Notes: a model not told the origin generated them from the letters alone. A DNA stretch of 64,000 bases from a virus (IMGVR_UViG_3300029585_000027:253-64252); one strand, 5' to 3'. Shown: positions 17,004 to 24,105, counted from the first letter of the stretch. Numbers and translations: made by a program.

Positions 17004-17699
17004 TTAGATCTCCAGGGAGAAGTTTTCGGTGTCGACAGCAGTATCGACAAGGGATTCGGAGTTGTCGATATCGACTTCCGAGATATCGAAACCATCGGGG
17101 GTTTCAATGTCAAACTCGAAAGGCTCATCGGTGGGAACAACCTTTGCCAGATAGGCATCGGTGTAAGCCAAGACGCGGCGCATGAAACGCTTTGCCAGCT
17201 TAGCCATACGGAACATCGGGAGCAAACGCACCTCCAACGTTCCGTGCTTCTCAAACGAACAGAAGTTTACCATTCGGTATCGTTCGTGCATTCTGAAGCT
17301 TCCTTCGTTCCAGTCGCTACGGCAAAACTCATTCTCGCCGTTGAGTCGTGACCAGAAATGCGAGTTACGCACGTTGCATCGTTCGCCAAGCTTACGAAGA
17401 GTAGCCAGAAGCCCGTCTTGGTATTCCTTGTTTTCCGCGATAAGCGAGATAGCCTGGACATTGTTGACGAAACTCATATGGACATGCATTCCACAGGTAG
17501 CGCCAACGTGTTCGGGATAGTTGCCGTCGATGAACTGACGTGCTTCCTTGAGCGTAGCCATAGGGCGCGAAACAATCTCGCCCACCCTCCACTCGCCCCG
17601 CACATTCACGGAACCGTCTTCGTGGAAGTTATCAGGCAATTCGGGTTCTTCGTCCCAACCGCCTTCCAGCTCTACGCCAAAAAGTTTGACGTATCGCAT
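17004..17699 (-). CDS. Putative amidoligase (COOH-NH2 ligase, glutamine-synthetase-like fold)
   Basis: FGVELE, DGSV, EIVS, TCGMHVHMS, RYRMVN, TLEVRL. Confidence 0.75.
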   Translation of the reverse strand: MRYVKLFGVELEGGWDEEPELPDNFHEDGSVNVRGEWRVGEIVSRPMATLKEARQFIDGNYPEHVGATCGMHVHMSFVNNVQAISLIAENKEYQDGLLATLRKLGERCNVRNSHFWSRLNGENEFCRSDWNEGSFRMHERYRMVNFCSFEKHGTLEVRLLPMFRMAKLAKRFMRRVLAYTDAYLAKVVPTDEPFEFDIETPDGFDISEVDIDNSESLVDTAVDTENFSLEI

Positions 17700-18085
17700 T
17701 ACTGGCACCTCGCCGTAATGCTAACGGTGTAGTCCACCGGCTTGACGTGCTGTTCGTAGACGGTAGAGAACCAGTCGCGAATCTGTTCGGCAAACGCCCG
17801 GAGTTGATCGCGCGTGCGCGGAAGTTGAACGGTAACGTCGATACCGTTATCCTTGGACGAACCGACACCAAGCACGATCGGCAACAGTTCATTGTCTTCG
17901 ATGTTGCGCGTGCGACAGTAGTAATACTTGCGCTCATCGTTGCTGTTCGGCAGGTAGTGAACTTCCTTGCGCCCGATGCGACTAAGCACATCTTCCAACG
18001 TCGGCGACGTCTTGACCTGGACGTTAAGACCATCGGCGGTGCGACGGATGCGGAGAGAACAGAAATCGTTTTTCAGGGTTGCCAT
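17699..18085 (-). CDS. hypothetical protein of the amidoligase operon
   Basis: 128 aa; stop overlaps the amidoligase ATG. Confidence 0.65.
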   Translation of the reverse strand: MATLKNDFCSLRIRRTADGLNVQVKTSPTLEDVLSRIGRKEVHYLPNSNDERKYYYCRTRNIEDNELLPIVLGVGSSKDNGIDVTVQLPRTRDQLRAFAEQIRDWFSTVYEQHVKPVDYTVSITARCQ

Positions 18086-18131
18086 TGCTTTCTAGCTAGT
18101 GGGGTTTGGGGTTTGGGGTTTGATGAAGCTA

Positions 18132-18476
18132 CTAGTAATCATCGTCGTAGTCATCGTCAAAGTCTTCGTCATCTTCGTGGTTGTCCATAAAGATATCGTC
18201 ATGAGTAAAGATCGTAAGACCTTCTCCCGACTTGATGCCGAGAATATCACTACCGGGCATGTAATCCAGGTAATAGACATACTCCCCGTTACTGCTTACA
18301 TACTTTTCGTAAACCGATTGTGCCGAATGGCCAAGACGGGTAACGATACAACGAAGAACGTGACGAATCCTACCCGGCGAATAATCGTAGTCGCCTTGTT
18401 CCTTGTTAAGCGTCGGGACGACAAACTCGCCGACCGTGCCGCGAACAAAGGACGCTAGTTGTTCTTGGGTAATCAT
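18132..18476 (-). CDS. hypothetical protein with acidic C-terminus
   Basis: 114 aa; first gene after the promoter. Confidence 0.6.
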   Translation of the reverse strand: MITQEQLASFVRGTVGEFVVPTLNKEQGDYDYSPGRIRHVLRCIVTRLGHSAQSVYEKYVSSNGEYVYYLDYMPGSDILGIKSGEGLTIFTHDDIFMDNHEDDEDFDDDYDDDY

Positions 18477-18485
18477 CGCTGCACA

Positions 18486-18514
18486 AGTATAGCACGGATT
18501 GCGAATCGAGGCAA
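18486..18514 (-). promoter_or_regulatory. sigma70-type early promoter
   Basis: TTGCCT-17-TATACT. Confidence 0.7.
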
Positions 18515-18627
18515 GTTATGGACCATGAATATCAAAATGAGAATCGTGGTTGACAAATGACGCAAAGTGTGGTATTCGCGCACGCGCGCGGAAGTATTAC
18601 TGTCACGCGGTTGTCTCAAAATAAGAC

Positions 18628-18656
18628 TTGACAGACCTTGAATCGTGTGGTATAAT
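18628..18656 (+). promoter_or_regulatory. consensus sigma70 promoter pointing antisense to local genes
   Basis: TTGACA-17-TATAAT with TGTG extension. Confidence 0.8.
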
Positions 18657-18702
18657 TCAGGAGGAGGCATCAGGTGTCGCATATACGGCTATATGTGGGG
18701 GC

Positions 18703-18729
18703 GCAAGCCCGAGAGGGCGGGCTGTTTCA
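18703..18729. repeat. intergenic repeat copy 3
   Basis: GCAAGCCCGAGAGGGCGGGCTGTTTCA; terminal TCA is the stop of the adjacent gene. Confidence 0.85.
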
Positions 18730-18918
18730 ATCTTCATCCTCCAAATAAGGCGCTATACCTTCTTTGTGGATTTCGGGTAGTAAACCCTTCTCGATAGCCC
18801 ACTTTGCAACAGCGCACGCATCCGCAATCAACAACACGTTGTTAAACTGCGCATCGTCTTTCGGGTTCACAATGGTGTTATCCATTGCGTCGTTGATTTG
18901 CTTAGTAGCCTTACGCAT
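18727..18918 (-). CDS. hypothetical protein
   Basis: 63-aa ORF, coupled. Confidence 0.55.
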   Translation of the reverse strand: MRKATKQINDAMDNTIVNPKDDAQFNNVLLIADACAVAKWAIEKGLLPEIHKEGIAPYLEDED

Positions 18919-19074
18919 CTAGATGCCCGGAATAGTGATGCCGCTACGCTTAGCAAGCTTCTTGAGCGCACGAACAACGCGAGCATGTAATGGCTTCCAT
19001 TCTTTGCCGTCTCGCTTGAGTTGTCGCACTACTGCTTCTGCGCGTGCAATGACGATGAATCGCTGGTGTCGCAT
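18919..19074 (-). CDS. small basic protein (51 aa)
   Basis: Manual translation MRHQRFIVIARAEAVVRQLKRDG...; TAG-ATG coupling at both ends. Confidence 0.55.
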   Translation of the reverse strand: MRHQRFIVIARAEAVVRQLKRDGKEWKPLHARVVRALKKLAKRSGITIPGI

Positions 19075-19389
19075 CTAGTTGTTAAGGATCTTCAGTAATT
19101 CAATCTGCGGTGCCGTCATTTCCATTGCGTTGTCAATGAGAGTGCCAAAACAGATAGCGGCAATGAACCCAACGCAAAGCAAGAATACAACGTGCCTATC
19201 TTCCTTTTCCCTTACTTGCATAATGCAAATAAAGATGATGAGCATCGGCAAGCCGATCGTGAGCGAAAGCCAGAAACCAAGGGAGCTTTTCGCATATACC
19301 TCAGCGACCAAGGATTGCCACATTTCTGGCGCACCTTCCGAGATTCTGGCGATTGCTTCCGCAATCTTGAGTTGAAGTTGTTCGTCCAT
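19075..19389 (-). CDS. two-TM membrane protein
   Basis: Two hydrophobic helices; directly after a promoter. Confidence 0.6.
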   Translation of the reverse strand: MDEQLQLKIAEAIARISEGAPEMWQSLVAEVYAKSSLGFWLSLTIGLPMLIIFICIMQVREKEDRHVVFLLCVGFIAAICFGTLIDNAMEMTAPQIELLKILNN

Positions 19390-19397
19390 GACAAGGG

Positions 19398-19426
19398 AGT
19401 ATATCACACGATCATCTAGGTGTCAA
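19398..19426 (-). promoter_or_regulatory. sigma70-type early promoter
   Basis: TTGACA-17-TATACT, TGTG extension. Confidence 0.85.
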
Positions 19427-19488
19427 ATGTGCGAAGTCTTATTCTTATACGATATGTGTGGCGGGCAGGCGCGAGCGGTTTCGGTGTA

Positions 19489-19545
19489 TAAAAAGAAACC
19501 CCTGAAGACCCGAAGGTAGCTCCAGGGGTTTCCCCGCTGCCGGAT
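19489..19545 (-). terminator. intrinsic terminator
   Basis: AAACCCCTG...ACC-TTCG-GGT...CAGGGGTTT followed by CTTTT. Confidence 0.7.
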
Positions 19546-19572
19546 TGTGGGTTTGCGAATTGCGGTCCGGTC

Positions 19573-19869
19573 TTACGCTACGATGAACGTCTCTCCGCTG
19601 ACGTTGAACGATACAAGGGTGGCGAGATTGACCATGCGATACTCGCGTTTGGTCATGTCGAACACGGGAAGGAGGTTACGACGCTTAGCATCGTAGGGGA
19701 GTTCGCCCCCGGCAAGGTGTCGCTTTACGCCTCTACGGCACTTCATTTCGCGCATCGTTCCGTCTCGTTTACGGAAATAGGCTGTAAAGATTCGACCTTG
19801 TGTTTCGTTCCACAAGAATACGCTAGCGCGTTCTCGTGCGATCGGTTGGGGCTCGCGGATTGTCGTCAT
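19573..19869 (-). CDS. SH3/Sm-like beta-barrel protein (WYL_2-like)
   Basis: FTAYFRKRDGTMREM...VFDMTKREYRMVNLATLVSF. Confidence 0.65.
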   Translation of the reverse strand: MTTIREPQPIARERASVFLWNETQGRIFTAYFRKRDGTMREMKCRRGVKRHLAGGELPYDAKRRNLLPVFDMTKREYRMVNLATLVSFNVSGETFIVA

Positions 19870-19898
19870 CGTTTCTTCTAGTTGCCTTCCGTCAGAAC

Positions 19899-19927
19899 AG
19901 TATATCACCATCCCAACGGATAAGCAA
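19899..19927 (-). promoter_or_regulatory. sigma70-type early promoter
   Basis: TTGCTT-17-TATACT. Confidence 0.6.
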
Positions 19928-19960
19928 GGCTATCTGGCGAAAACCAGTCCCATATAGGGA

Positions 19961-20443
19961 CTAGCCTTCGCTTTCGTCGTCCTTCGTGGCGAATGCGGCT
20001 TCGTGCTCTTCGTCGGTGCGCTTCGATTCGTCTGACAGTGGCGTCAGATCGTCGGGCATATCGACGTCGTCACCTTGCTCGGCAGCGGCCAAAAGTGCTT
20101 CGAGTCGTTCGATATCGAACGGGAGTTTGGCGGCGAATGCCGTTGCGCGGTCGCGAGTCTCAATCTGAGACGCCAGACGTGCTTGAGTCTGCTTGATCTT
20201 GTCGTCGATCGACGAACGCACCATACCCTTGCCATCCGGTCCCGGCTGGCTACCTTCCAAGGTGAACCGTGCCGCCTTGAGTTCGGTAGTCGTCTTGCGG
20301 AGACGGCGCTTGATCGCCTTCAGTTTGCCGCTTTCGGTGCTGGTGTCGATCTTGCCCGCCATCTTGGCTTCGAGTCGCGCTTGCTCTTTCTTGAAGTGCT
20401 CCAACATTTCCGCATCGGTGCGGCGGTTTCGCTTGTTTCCCAT
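19961..20443 (-). CDS. coiled-coil hypothetical protein
   Basis: 160 aa, AAGGA upstream. Confidence 0.65.
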   Translation of the reverse strand: MGNKRNRRTDAEMLEHFKKEQARLEAKMAGKIDTSTESGKLKAIKRRLRKTTTELKAARFTLEGSQPGPDGKGMVRSSIDDKIKQTQARLASQIETRDRATAFAAKLPFDIERLEALLAAAEQGDDVDMPDDLTPLSDESKRTDEEHEAAFATKDDESEG

Positions 20444-20502
20444 CGGTCTATTCCTTTTGTGTTCTAGTTGCGTTTGGCGGGATTGCCTTTCGCGTCTGCT
20501 GA

Positions 20503-20531
20503 AGTGTAACCTATGCTAGAACGTTTGTCAA
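20503..20531 (-). promoter_or_regulatory. sigma70-type early promoter
   Basis: TTGACA-17-TACACT. Confidence 0.7.
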
Positions 20532-20665
20532 GTTAGGCACCTCGAATTAGGCGGATAGATCAATATTGAGAAACCCGGGTATATTGGCTTGACGTTTTGC
20601 GGATTGTGTGATACTCGCGCGCGCACGCGCAGATTAGAACGTCTCGCATTGTTTCATATTGAGAC

Positions 20666-20694
20666 TTGACAGGTCGTGTTTTGTGTGATATACT
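20666..20694 (+). promoter_or_regulatory. consensus sigma70 promoter pointing antisense to local genes
   Basis: TTGACA-17-TATACT with TGTG extension. Confidence 0.8.
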
Positions 20695-20733
20695 TCAGGG
20701 GGCACGGGTCTGATATTTTGCGATATGTGGGCG

Positions 20734-20760
20734 GCATGCCCGAGAGGGCGGGCTGTCTCA
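20734..20760. repeat. intergenic repeat copy 4
   Basis: GCATGCCCGAGAGGGCGGGCTGTCTCA. Confidence 0.85.
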
Positions 20761-20780
20761 GAATGAGACCAGATAAGCAT

Positions 20781-20820
20781 AAAAAAAGAACGGGCAGCAC
20801 CTACAAGGCACTACCCGTTC
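20781..20820 (-). terminator. intrinsic terminator downstream of the mini-tmRNA
   Basis: 14-bp stem GAACGGGTAGTGCC/GGTGCTGCCCGTTC (three G.U pairs) followed by T7. Confidence 0.85.
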
Positions 20821-20852
20821 TCAACACCTCAACTCAACTCTCTCAAACCAAA

Positions 20853-20969
20853 TGGTGGAGACGGTGGGAATTGAACCCACGTCCAACTAGGCAAGCCGCG
20901 TTTTTTGCTAGGGCGTTTGGCGCGGTGGGACTCTCACCCTGTTCCTAGTTGTCTAAACCGATCGTCCCC
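20853..20969 (-). ncRNA. miniature tmRNA-like RNA (tRNA-like domain only, 117 nt)
   Basis: 5' GGGGACG-ATCGGTTTAGAC, helix CAACTAGG/CCTAGTTG, GGAC, T-arm GTGGG-TTCAATT-CCCAC, 3' CGTCTCC-ACCA; G3.U70 and A73 present. Confidence 0.85.
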
Positions 20970-20978
20970 ATATGCTGT

Positions 20979-21007
20979 AGTATACCCTAAGATTCGCCCG
21001 TTGTCAA
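20979..21007 (-). promoter_or_regulatory. promoter of the mini-tmRNA
   Basis: TTGACA-17-TATACT, ending 9 nt before G1. Confidence 0.85.
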
Positions 21008-21008
21008 G

Positions 21009-21377
21009 TTATACGGGGGAAATCGGGTTAAGCGGCTTCAGGTATTCCGTTTTGCCGCAATTGCCGCAGACACCTAGCCCGTTGTCGTAGCCGTAGCACC
21101 ATTGGCATTTGACGACACCTTGGCGCACGTCGTCTTTGATCGCGTCGATATCCTCGATCATCAGTCTCATTCCGAGATCGCTGATACCGGGAATCGGTGC
21201 GGTGTTGAATTGGTCGCGGAATAAGTGGTTTGTCTCAACTTGAATCCACTTACCCGACAGCGCCTCTAGTTGCTTCTGCCATTCTGGCTTGTGCAACTGT
21301 CCGCATTGTGGGTTAGCGCCTTTGTAGCACCGACGCACGTATGCACTAGCGGCATCCTCCCTAACACGAATCATCAT
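21009..21377 (-). CDS. hypothetical protein with C-terminal zinc ribbon
   Basis: CQWC...CGNC; start re-assigned downstream of the promoter. Confidence 0.6.
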   Translation of the reverse strand: MMIRVREDAASAYVRRCYKGANPQCGQLHKPEWQKQLEALSGKWIQVETNHLFRDQFNTAPIPGISDLGMRLMIEDIDAIKDDVRQGVVKCQWCYGYDNGLGVCGNCGKTEYLKPLNPISPV

Positions 21378-21444
21378 CGTCTTTTTCTCCGAACGATTAA
21401 CAGAACGGCGACACCACACAACACAAGTAATAGCGTCATGCCTA

Positions 21445-21473
21445 AGTATACCACACAAACCGCCAGAAGTCAA
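21445..21473 (-). promoter_or_regulatory. sigma70-type early promoter
   Basis: TTGACT-17-TATACT. Confidence 0.8.
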
Positions 21474-21509
21474 ACCACAGGGGTCTAACGTTTTGCAATA
21501 TGCTCCGAC

Positions 21510-21536
21510 GCAAGCCCGAGAGGGCGGGCTGTTTCA
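21510..21536. repeat. intergenic repeat copy 5
   Basis: GCAAGCCCGAGAGGGCGGGCTGTTTCA. Confidence 0.85.
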
Positions 21537-21563
21537 GCCCGACCCGAGGGAGAGAGGCGAGTC

Positions 21564-21818
21564 TCAATGTAAGACTTTGTAGCCCAATCCTTGCAACCCG
21601 CTTAGGTCGCCATTGACGCATACGACATTGATAGCAGCAGCTAGACTACTGTAGCCGTTAAACTCCGCCATGGCCAACGTCTTGTTCGTGATAACGTCGA
21701 ACGATGGCACAGCACCACCACTAGCGAACCACCGCGCGAGATCGACCATACGCTCGCACCGATCTTGATCGGTTTCGGTTTCGTCGTTGATGAAAGCAAG
21801 ACAAGCGATGGGGTCCAT
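21564..21818 (-). CDS. hypothetical protein
   Basis: MDPIACLAF..., AGGA upstream. Confidence 0.6.
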   Translation of the reverse strand: MDPIACLAFINDETETDQDRCERMVDLARWFASGGAVPSFDVITNKTLAMAEFNGYSSLAAAINVVCVNGDLSGLQGLGYKVLH

Positions 21819-21856
21819 GGTGTTCCTAGTTGAGTTTAAGGATTTCATAACGCGCA

Positions 21857-21885
21857 AGTATAACACACAAACGCGTAAACGTCAA
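21857..21885 (-). promoter_or_regulatory. sigma70-type early promoter
   Basis: TTGACG-17-TATACT. Confidence 0.8.
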
Positions 21886-21892
21886 GCGATGG

Positions 21893-22165
21893 TCATACGA
21901 TCGTCTCGATCATAGACCGTAGGGCTGTTGCCAGGGTATCGCTTCCGCAACACGCAAGGAATGCGTGCGGGTCGTCGTCGATAGTGTCGCGAATCTCCCA
22001 AGCCGACACTTCGGTAAAGTGTAGGGTGAACCCGTCGCCGTCGTCGTTCGGCTCTACTGCGTCGCAGTTTTCAAACACTCCGCCATCGTAGCCGCGATCC
22101 GCGAGCCACAGTAGCGTAGTGTAATCGCGCTCCGAAAGGGGTTTCGTCTTGTAAGGGTAGATCAT
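21893..22165 (-). CDS. hypothetical acidic protein
   Basis: MIYPYKTK...; after a promoter. Confidence 0.55.
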   Translation of the reverse strand: MIYPYKTKPLSERDYTTLLWLADRGYDGGVFENCDAVEPNDDGDGFTLHFTEVSAWEIRDTIDDDPHAFLACCGSDTLATALRSMIETIV

Positions 22166-22173
22166 GGCACCAC

Positions 22174-22202
22174 AGCATACCACACTAGTTGCCAAAAGTC
22201 AA
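22174..22202 (-). promoter_or_regulatory. sigma70-type early promoter
   Basis: TTGACT-17-TATGCT. Confidence 0.75.
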
Positions 22203-22268
22203 GCCAACACAACAAGAACTAGCCCCAAAACGAGAAGTCACAGATCGTCTCATTATAAGACCCCATCA

Positions 22269-22295
22269 GCACGCCCGAGCAGCCGGGCTGTCTCA
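22269..22295. repeat. intergenic repeat, diverged copy 6
   Basis: GCACGCCCG-AGCAGC-CGGGCTGTCTCA: stem kept, loop changed. Confidence 0.65.
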
Positions 22296-22529
22296 CAATG
22301 AGAATAACTGATAGAAGTTCAGTCCCATATTGAGAAGCGTCAGGTATGACAACGTGGTGAGGTGTCGAGCGTGGGCATTTTGCTCCGTCTCGATCTCAGA
22401 CAAACTGGTTTGTTGCTGGTTCACTAGGTGATCTCGATCAATCTCACAATGATACGGATGATGATAGCCACCGCGACGCATCCGCCTACCGCTACGGCTA
22501 TCCAATGTGCAACGCACGCGAAAGCGCAT
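22293..22529 (-). CDS. hypothetical protein
   Basis: ORF whose TGA lies in the repeat; start uncertain. Confidence 0.4.
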   Translation of the reverse strand: MRFRVRCTLDSRSGRRMRRGGYHHPYHCEIDRDHLVNQQQTSLSEIETEQNAHARHLTTLSYLTLLNMGLNFYQLFSL

Positions 22530-22548
22530 GCGCTAAGGTGCGCGCGCC

Positions 22549-22767
22549 TCATTTGCCGAACACCGTGCAATAGGGGTTGCACTCTTGCTGCCCGGTTTCG
22601 TCGTCGATGGCGAGGCAGTAAACCCGGGCGAGCGTTGCGCCTTCAAACTCGACGTAATCCTTGGCGCAATCAATAGCCGCTGCCGGATTCTTGAGCGGTC
22701 GCGAATCGATAAACGTTTCGGCTGGCAGCTTAGCGTCCGGGAATGAGACCATAATAAGGAATTGCAC
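22549..22767 (-). CDS. hypothetical protein
   Basis: 72 aa, AAGGGAG upstream. Confidence 0.55.
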   Translation of the reverse strand: MQFLIMVSFPDAKLPAETFIDSRPLKNPAAAIDCAKDYVEFEGATLARVYCLAIDDETGQQECNPYCTVFGK

Positions 22768-22779
22768 TGCTTGTCTCCC

Positions 22780-23019
22780 TTAGAGAATCTCGGCGAAATC
22801 GCGTCCGCGCATGAGGCATTCGCCCCATTTGCGCGTATCGGTATCGGCGTGGACAAACTCGCCCCCGTGGCGTTCCGTGAGGATCGCGCACGCTTCGGTA
22901 ACGGTTGCGGCTTCCGTCATCGCCAGACGCACGACCGTTTCGGGGAAGTAGGTTACGACTCCGAAAACGCCATCGGTCGTTGTCTTGTAAACGTGGCCTT
23001 TGCTTTGCTGGTTCTTCAT
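22780..23019 (-). CDS. hypothetical protein
   Basis: 79 aa. Confidence 0.55.
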   Translation of the reverse strand: MKNQQSKGHVYKTTTDGVFGVVTYFPETVVRLAMTEAATVTEACAILTERHGGEFVHADTDTRKWGECLMRGRDFAEIL

Positions 23020-23033
23020 AGTAACCCTATCGG

Positions 23034-23270
23034 CTAGTTGCTCGCCAGACTTGAGCTAGTGGGCAAAGTTTCTGCGAGAATCGCGACGGTTTCCGGCAGC
23101 ATGCGCGCAAACTCGAATCGTGGCCAATCCTCGCAACCGCGCAAGCACGACTTGCAAACGGGCGTCCAATCCGAGCCGGTTTCCTTCGTCGTTGCGTGAA
23201 TCCAGGGGACGCTAACAATGTGCGTAGCCTTGCGTTGGCATTCGATGCACGTTGGTTGTTGGTCTTGCAT
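23034..23270 (-). CDS. small zinc-finger-like protein
   Basis: MQDQQPTCIEC...VCKSC. Confidence 0.55.
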   Translation of the reverse strand: MQDQQPTCIECQRKATHIVSVPWIHATTKETGSDWTPVCKSCLRGCEDWPRFEFARMLPETVAILAETLPTSSSLASN

Positions 23271-23384
23271 GCTGTTACTATCGGCTAGTTGTCCGTAGAA
23301 CTGTAGCACGAGAGAAGGAAAAGCGAGAGAAACCACCACCCCACATAGTCTCATTCCGGGACATAGAGGAGCAGGCGCGCTGTC

Positions 23385-23618
23385 TCAGATTGAGAATGAG
23401 TCTTTACGTGCGTCACGCTTGGCTTGTGCCTCGGCTTCGATGCGTGCCAACCTATCGCGCACGCTAGCCTTTTGTCTCTCGATGAGAATGGGCACTTCGG
23501 CTAGGCTATCTACCTCGCCCACCTCAATCCCAGATCGAGACACTAACCATCGTCCCGCTTGCGTCATGCGCACCTTGCACCCGTCGACCTCGATTGTCCC
23601 ATGTTGAGTCAGCTTCAT
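23385..23618 (-). CDS. hypothetical protein
   Basis: 77 aa, GAGGA upstream. Confidence 0.6.
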   Translation of the reverse strand: MKLTQHGTIEVDGCKVRMTQAGRWLVSRSGIEVGEVDSLAEVPILIERQKASVRDRLARIEAEAQAKRDARKDSFSI

Positions 23619-23634
23619 GATTCCTCTAGTTGTC

Positions 23635-24066
23635 TCAGATTGATTCTTGCCCGTAGGCTGTCAGAATGTCATGCCCCTCGCATCGAATGGCGAGGATACC
23701 CGCCGCACGTAGTGTGCGGTAGCCCTTGCCCGTGCCAGTGTTTACTTTCTTACCGTGGGCGAATGTCCAAAAGGATAGCGTCATGCGCTCGGCGCTGGCC
23801 ATCGCGTGACCCGTGCCCGCAACGGTGCCGTCTTGCTCGCTCTGGTAAACTCCCTGCCGTCCGATCATGTCGCGCACCGTGCCATCCTTGCAGCAGTAGA
23901 GAACGCGAAAGATGCGGTCGCCGCATGCGCGCATAAACTGCCAGACTTCCGACGCGTCGCCGAGTAGGGTAACGTCGCCACGTAGGACGAAATCGCCTTG
24001 CCGCTTAGCGTAGCTATCTCGCTTGGCTTCCCACTGCTTTGTTAGGTTGTGTTCGGTTGTTTGCAT
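23635..24066 (-). CDS. SH3/Sm-like beta-barrel protein, likely paralog of 19573-19869
   Basis: FRVLYCCKDGTVRDM...KGYRTLRAAGILAI matches the F-x-V-x-F-x-K-x-DG-x-x-R-x-M...YR pattern. Confidence 0.55.
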   Translation of the reverse strand: MQTTEHNLTKQWEAKRDSYAKRQGDFVLRGDVTLLGDASEVWQFMRACGDRIFRVLYCCKDGTVRDMIGRQGVYQSEQDGTVAGTGHAMASAERMTLSFWTFAHGKKVNTGTGKGYRTLRAAGILAIRCEGHDILTAYGQESI

Positions 24067-24105
24067 GGTAGACCTATCGGCTAGTTGCTTGGATTACTTG
24101 AGCGA

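Noticed and set aside
16181-18458. Long plus-strand ORFs (16586-17185, 16974-17351, 17358-17732, 17747-18190, 18099-18458)
   Set aside because: Antisense shadows of the GC-rich amidoligase operon; no RBS or motifs.
20676-20948. 90-aa plus-strand ORF containing WWRRWELNPRP
   Set aside because: That peptide is the reverse-complement translation of a tmRNA/tRNA 3' end, so it is an artefact of the RNA gene.
20853-20969. attP fragment for integration into host ssrA, a permuted two-piece tmRNA, or an ordinary tRNA-Ala
   Set aside because: Both 5' and 3' ends, the closing helix, a promoter and a terminator are present in standard order; no integrase is nearby; there is no D-stem or anticodon arm as in a tRNA.
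14860-22300. CRISPR array or integron attC cassettes for the repeated element
   Set aside because: Copies are 0.7-2.8 kb apart with genes between them, there are no uniform spacers or cas genes, and no GTTRRRY/RYYYAAC pairing or integrase.
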